From positions 1,116,001-1,180,000 of the forward strand of contig NC_043025.1 in assembly GCF_006345805.1 (NCBI RefSeq): DNA of 64,000 nucleotides, given 5' to 3'. The notes beneath the pieces were generated by a model. It was not told where the DNA came from and did no database searches. It saw only the letters and a program-made list of their open reading frames with translations. Shown in pieces: positions 31,384 to 42,100 of this stretch. The position numbers and the translations under genes are program-made. The DNA is from Octopus sinensis (Eukaryota). Position 1 is the stretch's first letter, and each line of letters begins with the position of its first letter.

Positions 31384-31420
<37 letters not shown>

Positions 31421-31553
31421 GGCTTATAAACACCTTCCATGCTGAAATTGTTTTCGTTCAGCACACGATATCAGATCAGGTCACTTGCTATGCAAGTACA
31501 TCTCTGTAATATATATATGTATATATATATATATATATATATACATATGAAGC

Positions 31554-31604
31554 TTTGTCAGTGAACAGGTCGCGGTCGGAAAGCGACGAAAATATTTTAA
31601 CAAA
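31554..31604 (+). ncRNA. Best-preserved hammerhead-like motif of the satellite, G3-C8 core variant
   Basis: TTTGTCA-GTGAACA-g-GTCGC ggtcggaaa GCGAC-GAAA-ATAT-TT-TAACAAA. Stem II covaries (GTCAC/GTGAC at about 23740-23758 on the minus strand). Confidence 0.6.
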
Positions 31605-31819
31605 TTCAATTTAAATGTTGAAGTGAATCTATCGGTTTTTGTGTGTTTCTTAAATCGCTTATAAACACCTTCCACGCTGCAATTATTTTCGTTCCAGCAC
31701 ACGATCTCAGATCAGGTCACTTGCTATGCAAGTACATCTCCGTAATGTACTTTATTGCTACACAGAAATAAGTAAAAAAAAAAAAACCAAGAAAAAACAT
31801 TTCCTAGTAAAAAAATTGT

Positions 31820-31825
31820 TTTATT
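31820..31825 (-). promoter_or_regulatory. Candidate polyadenylation signal for the DCLK transcript
   Basis: AATAAA on the minus strand followed by a U/GU-rich tract (31775-31800); a second AATAAA at 31751-31756. Use is not demonstrated. Confidence 0.3.
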
Positions 31826-31994
31826 GAATTAGAAAAAAATTCATTTTACTTAACAATAAAACAAATCAGTAAATCCGGGAATCTTGTTAGTGTTTGTTGT
31901 TGTATTGGTTGCAGTACTGGTACTATCAGTGGTATTGTCTTGGTGGTAGTTGTTCCTAGGGCTTCTCATGTTGCTGTAACTAGTAGTAGTAGTA

Positions 31995-32380
31995 ATTAGT
32001 TAGTTAATTAGTTAGTTAGTTAGTTAGTTCATTTTTGGCTCAAAAAGCAAAAAGCAAGGCCATGTAGGGGGGACATGGAGTTATGTACAGGGTGGTGTGT
32101 TCATGTAAAGAGTTCAGGCCATTTCTGGTCAAGGAAGACTTTGAACCGAGCGGTCGTCAGCATCTTCACCATCTCGTCCGGAAGCTTGTTCCACGGATCC
32201 GCAACCCGGACGGAGAAAGACCCTCTCCTTCGACTGAGATGAGATCGTCGCAGATAGAGCTTTTCGGAGTGACCCCGCAACCTACGCTCTGGAGCAGGAG
32301 TGAAGAACAGCTCTTTCGAGAGGTTACACTTTCCGCTTATGATGTTGTGAGCAAGAATGAGATCACCACGGCGTCGTCTA
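31995..32380 (-). mobile_element. 5'-truncated CR1 LINE 3' end with (AACT)n tail
   Basis: Translation RRRGDLILAHNII..LRGHSEKL..FSVRVADPWNKLP..FKVFLD. Confidence 0.88.
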
Positions 32381-33655
32381 GGGGGTATGGAGAAAATCAG
32401 GTGTAGTGTTGGTGAATCTCAGGAAGCATGGAAGTTTTGAAGGATGCAGTGCTCCGACAACTAACAACTGATGCCGGCAGTTTGTTCCATGCTGTGTGTG
32501 TATGGAGGGGAGAAGATCAGGTGTAGTGTTGGCGAATCTCAGGAAGCATGGACGTTTTGAAGGATGCAGTGCTCCGACAACTAACAACTGATACCGGCAG
32601 TTTGTTCCATGCTTCAGCGTGTGTATGGAGGGGAGAAGATCAGGTGTAGTGTTGGCGAATCTCAGGAAGCATGGAAGTTTTGAAGGATGCAGTGCTCCGA
32701 CAACTAACAACTGATGCCGGCAGTTTGTTCCATGCTTGTGTGTGTATGGATGGGAGAAAATGAAGTGTAGCGTTGGTGAATCTCAGGAAGCATGGAAGTT
32801 TTGAAGGATGCAGTGCTCCGACAACTAACAACTGATGCCGGCAGTTTGTTCCATGCTTGTGTGTGTATGGATGGGAGAAAATGAAGTGTAGCGTTGGTGA
32901 ATCTCAGGAAGCATGGACGTTTTGAAGGATGCAGTGCTCCGACAACTAACAACTGATGCCGGCAGTTTGTTCCATGCTTCAGCGTGTGTATGGAAGGGAC
33001 AAAATCAGGTGTAGTGTTGGCGAATCTCAGGAAGCATGGAAGTTTTGAAGGATGCAGTGCTCCGATAACTAACAACTGATGCCGGCAGTTTGTTCCATGC
33101 TTCAGCAACTCTCAGCGTGAAAAAATGTTTCCTGAAGTCATGGGAGCTGTGCTGTTTTCTGACTTTCTAAATATGACCACGGGTGTTAGATGGGTGGAGT
33201 TTGAAAAGGTGCTCAGAGTTATTGTTTGTAAGATGGTTAATAATTTTATGGGTGTCTGCCACGTCAGCTGCCAGACGTCGGAGTTTCAATGTATCCATGC
33301 CCAGGGAAGTAAGGCGTTCAGAATATGGCAAATTCCTGATGGAGGTTATTCTTTTGGTTGCACATCGCTGAACGGCTTCCAGACGATTGATATCCTGGGC
33401 AAGAAAGGGGTTCCAGACCGGTGATGCAAATTCCAGGTGAGATCTTACCATAGCTATATAAAGCCGCAGATAGATAGTCGGAGAGCGGCTCACAAAGGAC
33501 TTGGTGAGTGATGCCAAGACACCCTCAGCCTTCTTGGCAATTTTAGCAATGTGTTTTGTCCAACACGAATCTCTGTCGACAATAATACCCAGGTCACGTT
33601 CACAAGAAGACTTTTTGAGATTAGTGTTGTGGAGGGAGTAATTGGACGCTGGGTA
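32381..33655 (-). mobile_element. CR1 LINE fragment whose 3' ~120 bp is tandemly repeated about six times (32390-33105)
   Basis: ERDLGII..RSHLEFASPVWNP..LEAVQR..TRGH, followed by repeated AWNKLPASVVSCRSTASFK units. Confidence 0.9.
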
Positions 33656-33834
33656 GTAAAAAATATATGTAAAAGAAGGAAGGAAAATCAATGTTTTTTC
33701 GTCCTCTCTTCCGTCGTCACTTTCCGTGATGAATATTTTAATTATTATTGTTGAAGCTGTTATCATCGTCTTAATTCTTGTTCTTGCATTTGTTGTTGTT
33801 GTTGTTATAGCAATTGCTGCTGATTTTTTTGTGC

Positions 33835-35508
33835 CCCCTTTCCAAGCCTAGCCTAACCCTAACCCTCATGGGCCCGGTTTCCCGGTTTCTGTGGCGTATG
33901 TGTTCCCCCACCCTCTGCGTTACCCAAGAAACAGGAAGAAAGTATGAGAGAAAGTTGGGGCGAAAAAGTAGGACAGGGGGTCGCCACCGACCCCTGCCGG
34001 AGCCTCGTGGAGCTTTTAGGTGTTTTCGCTCAATAAACACACACAACGCCCGGTCTGGGAATCGAAACCGCGATCCTCCGACCACGAGTCCGCTGCCCTA
34101 ACCACTGGGCCATTGCGCCTCCACAAAATAAATTCGCCCATTTCAAGCCTAGCCGGGCTCGTGGGCCCGGTTTCCCGGTTTTTGTGGCGTATGTGTTCCC
34201 CCTCCCCTCAGCGTTACCCAAGAAACAGAAAGAGAGAGTGAGAAAAAGTTGTGACAAATGAGTACAACAGGGGTCGCCACCGACCCCTGCCGGAGTCTCG
34301 TAGAGCTTTTAGGCGTTTTCGCTCAAGTGAAGCACTCCGTCGGTTACGACGACGAGGGTTCCGGTTGATCCGAATCAACGGAACAGCCTGCTCGTGAAAT
34401 TACCGTGTAAGTGGCTGAGCACTCCACAGACACGTGCACCCTTAACGTAGTTCTCGGGGATATTCAGCGTGACACAGAGAGTGACAAGGCCGGCCCCTTG
34501 AAATACAGGTACAACAGAAACAGGAAGTAAGAGTGAGAGAATGTTGTGGTGAAAGAGTACAGCAGGGATCACCACAATCCCCTGCAGGAGCACTCCGTCG
34601 GTTACGACGACGAGGGTTCCGGTTGATCCGAATCAACGGAACAGCCTGCTCGTGAAATTACCGTGTAAGTGGCTGAGCACTCCACAGACACGTGCACCCT
34701 TAACGTAGTTCTCGGGGATATTCAGAGTGACACAGAGAGTGACAAGGCCGGCCCCTTGAAATACAGGTACAACAGAAACAGGAAGTAAGAGTGAGAGAAA
34801 GTTGTGGTGAAAGAGTACAACAGGGGTCGCCACAATCCCCTGCAGGAGCACTCCGTCGGTTACGACGATGAGGGTTCCGGTTGATCCGAATCAACGGAAC
34901 AGCCTGCACGTGAAATTAACGTGTAAGTGGCTGAGCACTCCACAGACACGTGTACCCTTAACGGAGTTCTCGGGGATATTCAGCGTGACACAGAGAGTGA
35001 CAATGCCGGCCCTTTGAAATACAGGTACAACAGAAACAGGAAGAAAGAGTGAGAGAAAGTTGTTGTGAAAGAGTACAACAGGGGTCGCCACCGACCCCTG
35101 CCGGAGCTCCGTAGAGCTTTTAGGTGTTTTCGCTCAATAAACACTCACAACGCCCGGTACAACAGGTACAACAGAAACAGGAAGAAAGAGTGAGAGAAAG
35201 TTGTGGTGAAAGAGTACAACAGGGGTCGCCACCGACCCCTGCCGGTGCCCCGTGGAGCTTTTTGTGTTTTCGCTCAATAAACACTCACAACGCCCGTTAC
35301 AACAGGTACAACAGAAACAGGAAGAAAGAGTGAGAGAAAGTTGTGGTGAAAGAGTACAACAGGGGTCGCCACCGACCCCTGCCGGAGCCTCGCGGAGCTT
35401 TTAGGTGTTTTCGCTCAATAAACACACACAACGCCCGGTCTGGTAATCGAAACCGCGATCCTCCGACCACGAATCCGCTGCCCTAACCACTGGGCCATTG
35501 CGCATCCA
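33835..35508 (-). mobile_element. Cluster of tRNA-derived SINEs (OR1-like) with internal tandem amplification
   Basis: A box TGGCCCAGTGG and B box GGTTTCGATT(C/A)CC in heads ending at about 34123 and 35508. A 258-bp tail is present three times (34332, 34589, 34848) and a ~140-bp body three times. Confidence 0.85.
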
Positions 35509-35573
35509 CTGCAGTTTTTTTTTTAGTGTTCTTGCTATTGCTGGAGTCGCCGAGAATTCAAATAGCTTTGTGC

Positions 35574-35607
<34 letters not shown>

Positions 35608-35664
35608 AGGTGTGTTTCAATGAAAATTCAATAAAAGTAGATGTGGAAGGAACATTGGTGGAGC

Positions 35665-35748
35665 TTAAAAGACTTCGTCCTGTTTCGGGTGCACAGTAAA
35701 GGCTCCGCGGCCCCGGAAGTACTTGGACCCTTTATCGAGAGCAGTCGA
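35665..35748 (-). CDS. DCLK: Doublecortin-like kinase, terminal coding exon (STALDKGSKYFRGRGAFTVHPKQDEVF*)
   Basis: T-rich tract plus CAG acceptor, phase 0 and in frame with the previous exon. Resembles the vertebrate DCLK1 TTALDK...FRRR tail. TAA at 35665-35667. Confidence 0.85.
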   Translation of the reverse strand, partial: STALDKGSKYFRGRGAFTVHPKQDEVF

Positions 35749-35851
35749 CTGCAAAAAAAAACAAAAAAACGAAAAATAAAAAAATAAATAAATAAAAAGC
35801 AATAAAAAACGTAAAACTGTTTCAATTCCATTTTTTTTATGAAAAAAAAAT

Positions 35852-37177
35852 TCGTTTCAGTCATTTCACTGCGGCCATGCTGGAGCACCGCCTTTAGTCG
35901 AGCAAATCGACCCCGGGACTTATTCTTTGTAAGCCCAGTACTTATTCTATCGGTCTCTCTTTGCAGAACCGCTAAGTAACGCTAGGGGGGGGGACAAACA
36001 CAGACACACAAACACAGACACACACACTTATATATATATATACATATATACGACAGGCTTCTTTCAGTTTCCGTCTACCAAATCCACTCACAAGGCTTTA
36101 TATATATATATACTCTTTTACTCTTTTACTTGTTTCAGTCATTTGACAGCGGCCATGCTGGAGCACCGCCTTTAGTCGAGCAAATCGACCCCGGGACTTA
36201 TTCTTTGTTAGCCCAGTACTTATTCTATCGGTCTCTTTTGCCGAACCGCTAAGTGACGGGGACGTAAACACACCAGCATCGACCCTGGGACTTATTCTTT
36301 GTAAGCCCAGTACTTATTCTATCGGTCTCTTTTGCCGAACCGCTAAGTAACGCTAGGGGGGGGACAAACACAGACACACAAACACAGACACACACACTTA
36401 TATATATATATACATATATACGACAGGCTTCTTTCAGTTTCCGTCTACCAAATCCACTCACAAGGCTTTATATATATATATACTCTTTTACTCTTTTACT
36501 TGTTTCAGTCATTTGACAGCGGCCATGCTGGAGCACCGCCTTTAGTCGAGCAAATCGACCCCGGGACTTATTCTTTGTTAGCCCAGTACTTATTCTATCG
36601 GTCTCTTTTGCCGAACCGCTAAGTGACGGGGACGTAAACACACCAGCATCGACCCTGGGACTTATTCTTTGTAAGCCCAGTACTTATTCTATCGGTCTCT
36701 TTTGCCGAACCGCTAAGTGACGGGGACGTAAACACACCAGCATCGACCCTGGGACTTATTCTTTGTAAGTCCAGTACTTATTCTATCGGTCTCTTTTGCC
36801 GAACCGCTAAGTGACGGGGACGTAAACACACCAGCATCGACCCCGGGACTTATTCTTTGTAAGCCCAGTACTTATTCTATCGGTCTCTTTTGCCGAACCG
36901 CTAAGTGACGGGGACGTAAACACACCAGCATCGACCCTGGGACTTATTCTTTGTAAGCCCAGTACTTATTCTATCGGTCTCTTTTGCCGAACCGCTAGGT
37001 GACGGGGACGTAAACACACCAGCATCGACCCTGGGACTTATTCTTTGTAAGCCCAGTACTTATTCTATCGGTCTCTTTTGCCGAACCGCTAAGTGACGGG
37101 GACGTAAACACACCAGCATCGACCCTGGGACTTATTCTTTGTAAGCCCAGTACTTATTCTATCGGTCTCTTTTGCCG
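35852..37177 (-). mobile_element. CORE-type SINE tail array: 360-bp duplication followed by a 94-bp unit repeated about six times
   Basis: CGACCC(C/T)GGGACTTATTCTTTG repeats with 94-bp periodicity from 36650. Confidence 0.9.
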
Positions 37178-37245
37178 CGTATGTACTAGCAAAAATGCGT
37201 GTGTGCAACAAACTAGAAAAAATTGCGAGGATGGTGAAAAGGATA

Positions 37246-37325
37246 ATGTGGGACCTGCGCAGGTTTCAGATTTTTCAAGATATGTCTGCCCACATATACT
37301 TGATCTATCTTCATCAGCCAAACAT
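37246..37325 (-). ncRNA. Type I hammerhead ribozyme with intact core
   Basis: Minus strand ATGTttGG-CTGATGA-AGAT[long stem II with ATATGT/ACATAT]ATCT-GAAA-CCTG cg CAGG-TC-CCACAT. Predicted GUC cleavage between 37252 and 37251. Confidence 0.8.
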
Positions 37326-37916
37326 ATACCACGACAACCTTTCAGATGTTACCACATTAATGCCATTACACTCGACTGAAACGCCGAAACGCTAACAGCA
37401 CGAGAACGGTGAAGAAGTTTCAATAAATTAGTAATGCAATACTAGAGTATTGCTTTCCAGTAAAGAATAGCCCGTGAGGGAAAAATATACAAAGAAGTAA
37501 ATATATGGCACAACGAAGTACCGATATTTACTGGAAATAGCGAACGTAATAATACGACGCTAATGTATAGCTTCACCGCGTATGCAATAGCAAAAATGTT
37601 CTCCCTGGAGGTAAGACAATTTTTTCTAGTTTGTTGCACACACGCATTTTTGCTAGTACATACGCGGTGAAGCTATACATTAGCGTCGTATTATTACGTT
37701 CGCTATTTCCAGTAAATATCGGTACTTCGTTGTGCCATATATTTACTTCTTTGTATATTTTTCCCTCACGGGCTATTCTTTACTGGAAAGAATACTCTAG
37801 TATTGCATTACTAATTTATTGAAACTTCTTCACCGTTCTCGTGCTGTTAGCGTTTCGGCGTTTCAGTCGAGTGTAATGGCATTAATGTGGTAACATCTGA
37901 AAGGTTGTCGTGGTAT

Positions 37917-37996
37917 ATGTTTGGCTGATGAAGATAGATCAAGTATATGTGGGCAGGTATATCTTGAAAAATCTGAAACCGGCGCCGGGCCCATAT
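37917..37996 (+). ncRNA. Second copy of this hammerhead, probably inactive (U16.1 replaced by G)
   Basis: CTGATGA at 37925. GAAA-CCGG cg CCGG-GC keeps stem III palindromic by compensatory changes, but the cleavage triplet is lost. Confidence 0.65.
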
Positions 37997-38175
37997 TATC
38001 CTTTTCTAGGTATTTCATCTTTCAGATGTTCTCCCTGGAGGTAAGACAATTTTTTTCAAGTTTGTTGCACACACGCATTTTTGCTAGTACATACGCGGTG
38101 AAGCTATACATTAGCGTCGTATTATTACGTTCGCTATTTCCAGTAAATATCGGTACTTCATTGTGCCATATATTT

Positions 38176-38247
<72 letters not shown>

Positions 38248-38269
38248 GTGTATGTGTGTGTGTTTGTGT

Positions 38270-38465
38270 GTCTGTGTTTGTTCCCCTAGCATTGCTTGAC
38301 AAACGATGCTGGTTGTTTATGTCCCTGTCACTTAGCGGTTCGGCAAAAGAGACCGATAGAATAAGTACTGGGCTCACAAAGAATAAGTCCCGGGGTCGAG
38401 TTGCTCGATTAAAGGCGGTGCTCCAACATGGCCGCAGTCAAATGACTGAAACAAGTAAAAACAAG
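38270..38465 (+). mobile_element. CORE-type SINE tail
   Basis: CCTAGCATTGCTTGACA...CATGGCCGCAGTCAAATGACTGAAACAAG. Confidence 0.88.
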
Positions 38466-38466
38466 A

Positions 38467-38679
38467 AAATTCCTGGAGAAGGACATCATGCTCGGAATGG
38501 TCAGTGGCAACAGGGGCCGACCAAGATCCCGTTGGCTTGACACCATCAAGAGTGACACGGGAATGGACATAGCCAACCTGAAAGAAGCGACCCAGGATAG
38601 AACTGCCTGGGGGACACTGATCCAACGAGTAACCGAGAGTCAACTTCGACTGAGCGGATAGATAGATAGATAGATAGAT

Positions 38680-38740
<61 letters not shown>

Positions 38741-38781
38741 GAGAGAGATAGATAGATATACAGATAGATAGATAGACAGAC

Positions 38782-38820
<39 letters not shown>

Positions 38821-38821
38821 G

Positions 38822-38879
<58 letters not shown>

Positions 38880-38880
38880 C
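38467..38880 (+). mobile_element. RTE-clade (BovB-like) LINE 3' end with expanded (ATAG)n tail
   Basis: Translation [45 protein letters not shown], then GATA repeats. Confidence 0.85.
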
Positions 38881-39053
38881 ACAGAATACAATCTACAGAT
38901 TGTTCTGCTTATAATTCCATTCCTAATTCATCCAGACATATCCAAAAATTATGGTTCTATGAAAGATAAACAGGATCGAACTCCGATCTCAGATTTTAAA
39001 AATATTAAAAAAAAATTTGTCTTTTCACATTATTTGAAGAATTTTTCACTTAC

Positions 39054-39152
39054 TGCTATGACTGCCAAACCATCTTTTGGTTTTTTGGTACGTGTGAAAT
39101 ATTGGTTAAGTTCCTTGGCCACATGTAATTTGTTATCTTTCGCAGTGTCATT
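39054..39152 (-). CDS. DCLK: Doublecortin-like kinase exon (NDTAKDNKLHVAKELNQYFTRTKKPKDGLAVIA)
   Basis: TTTCCTAG acceptor and GTAAGT donor, 99 nt, phase 0-0. Resembles the DCLK1 C-tail segment ending GVSVIA. Confidence 0.85.
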
Positions 39153-39186
39153 CTAGGAAATTAGGAGAAAAGAAAATTATTATTTA

Positions 39187-42100
39187 CTAGCAGTATTGCC
39201 CGGCGTTGCTCGGGTTTGTAAGGGAAATAACCATATAAGCATTTTTAGAGAGTTATAGCCAAAAAATAGCAAGAAAATGCATTAAAAATGGGAAAAAATG
39301 ATGGTAATTTTTTTAAATCGTAGACTTATCGTAGACGCGTGCTAATACCCAGAAGGGCTCGTTATGAAGTATCGCCCGGCGTTGCTCGGGTTTGTAAGGG
39401 AAATAACCATATAAGCATTTTTAGAGAGTTATAGCCAAAAAATAGCAAGAAAATGCATTAAAAATGGGAAAAAATGATGGTAATTTTTTAAAATCGTAGA
39501 CTTATCGTAGACGCGCGCTAATACCCAAAAGGGCTCGTGATGAAGTATCGCCTGGCGTTGCTCGGGTTTGTAAGGGAAATAACCATATAAGCATTTTTAG
39601 AGAGTTATAGCCAAAAAATAGCAAGAAAATGCATTAAAAATGGGAAAAAATGTTGGTAATTTTTTTAAAATCGTAGACTTATCGTAGACGCGCGCTAATA
39701 CCCAGAAGGGCTCGTTATGAAGTATCGCCCGGCGTTGCTCGGGTTTGTAAGGGAAATAACCATATAAGCATTTTTAGAAGGTTATAGCCAAAAAATAGCA
39801 AGAAAATGCATCAAAAATGGGAAAAAATGATGGTAATTTTTTAAAAATCGTAGACTTATCGTAGACGCGCGCTAATACCCAGAAGGGCTCGTTATGAATT
39901 ATCGCCCGGCGTTGCTCGGGTTTGTAAGGGAAATAACCATATAAGCATTTTTAGAGAGTTATATTTCATTTCATTTCATTTGGGTTTGAGTCCATGCTCA
40001 GGCCAAGTCGAAGACTCCACCCTCAGAGTCTGGTGTGGTTGCCAGGTTGGATTCTCTGCTTAATTTTGACATGTGTAGGAGCGAGTTTGAGTCAGTTTGT
40101 GCTCGTTGTGTATATCCTGGGAGATGGGGTTCATCTCTAATGGTGCTTAAGTATCTATCCAGCTGCCTGCAATTTGAATGATTCCACACTGCATCCTGAT
40201 AGATTTCTGACATGTACCGGAATGGAGTTGAACAGTTGTGCTCCTCGAACCAACAGACTTGATTCTCGCAGGGTTTTTGCTGCCTGGCCAGCCTTTTTGT
40301 TGATTGGTGGCAGCTGGCAGCGTCTTCCGTGGCGCAGTGAGTGGTAGGTTTTGATACCAAAGTTTGGCACCTTCTGCTCTATCATTTTCCAAATGTATAT
40401 AATTCGGTATCGCTCAAATCTTCTTTCTATTGAGTACATCCTCAAGGTTTTGAGTCTTTGCCAATAGTCCAGGTCCCTCGTTTCTGAGAAGTATGAGGTA
40501 AAATTTCTTTGGGGCGATTCTATCTTAGATAGTTGGCCCTTTGTTGTTGGTGACCACAACTGAGAACAGTAGTCAATCCTCGGAAGTATCATACTGTTCC
40601 AGAGGGTTTTCATTGTTGAGGTATCTCTTGATTTGAAGGTGCGCAAGATCCACCCGCTGTACTTTCTTGCAGTAAGACAGACTGAGTCAAGGTGTTCTCT
40701 GAATTTTAGGTTGGTTCCCATGTGTATGCCTAAATCTTTCACATACTGTTTTTCCATTATTTGTTGTCCTGATGGGTTTCTGTAGTTTGTTGTATTTTTC
40801 AGATCTTGATCTGTTCCGTAGCGAATTAGTTCAAACTTCTTATCATTGAACAACATGTTGTTTGTTTCCTGCCATTTATATATGGTGGTCAGGTCCTTTT
40901 GTAAAGCCTCTGTATCCACCTCGTCTTTGATTTGTCTCATGACCCTGGTGTCATCAGCAAAGGATGAGACGTTGCTGGTTGTATCTTCATCTATGTCAGA
41001 GATGAGGATGAGAAACAGGATTGGGCCGAGTACTGTACCCTGAGGAACACTGCTGGTCACAGGTGATGGTGTTGAATGGGTTCCATTCACAGTGACTGTT
41101 TGAGTTCTATTTGTAAGGAACTCATGTATCCATGTACCAACTTTTCCTCCTACTCCTAGCTTTCGAAGTTTGTGACCCAGGATGCCATGATCTACCTTGT
41201 CAAATGCCTTGGCAAAGTCGAGGTAGATGACATCTGTGTTGTATCCATTCTCTAGATTTTCTAGGATTTGGTCATGGTGTGCCAGTAGTTGGGAAAGGCA
41301 TGATCTACCTAACCTGAATCCATGTTGGTTGCAATTCATCAGATTGTTGGATTCCAGGAACTCAACCAGTTTTCCACGAACTATTCTTTCGAAGACCTTG
41401 ATAATGTGTGATGTCAGTGAGATTGGTCGGTAGTTCTTTGGTTTTGATTTGCTGTCCCCTTTATGTATTGGAGTTATGTGTGCTTCTTTATATGTATTTG
41501 GTATTTTGCCATTCTCCATAGATTCCCTCCATATCATGTAAAGGGGTTTCGACAATTGTACCTTGCAGTTTTTAAGTATCATGGCATTGAAACCGTCAGG
41601 CCCCGCAGCCGAGTGCATGGAGAGCTTGTCTATGGCTCTTGCTATGTCTTCTGGGTTGAAATCAATGTCGGATAGGGTAGGTTTAGTATGGTCGATATCC
41701 TTGAAGAATTTTCCTGGGTCATGGATCTTCATGGTTTTAGATGGCTCACTGAAGACACTTTCATACTGTTGACCCAACATTTCTGCCATTTCAATAGGGT
41801 TATTCACTACATCCCCATTTTGTCTCTGGAGAGGTCCTATTGTTGACTTGGTGTTCGAGTATTTCTTTGCAAAACTGTAGAAACATTTTAGATTTTTCTT
41901 GATGTTTTCTATGGCTCTCTTTTCTGCATTGTTACGTTCTTCATCATAGTGTTGTTTTAGATTGTCTTCTAATCTGTATATTTGGTCAAGGACTTTCTGT
42001 AATTCATGTTTTGATGTCAGCTTAGATGTTTTGTTTCTTAGTCTTGACCTTTTGCGCATCAGGATCTTTCGCTCCCGTGGTACAGGTTTTTTTGTGGACT

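Larger units (their letters stand above)
27360..31745 (+). repeat. Same hammerhead-bearing satellite in opposite orientation, interrupted by a LINE
   Basis: GAAGCTTTGTCAGTGAACAGGTC at about 27367, 30843, 31163 and 31549, with a partial unit at 31418-31510. Confidence 0.92.
37177..38180. mobile_element. Hammerhead-containing ~430-bp repeat unit present as 1.35 direct copies plus one inverted copy (retrozyme or Penelope pseudo-LTR-like)
   Basis: ATGTTCTCCCTGGAGGTAAG at 37597 and 38026. Inverted arms 37236-37584 and 37659-38006. Confidence 0.85.

Noticed and set aside
33847-33866. Telomeric TTAGGG repeats
   Set aside because: Only about two units inside a SINE tail.
34040-34123. Possible tRNA gene
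   Set aside because: A and B boxes are present, but the sequence continues into a SINE body and has no clear acceptor stem.
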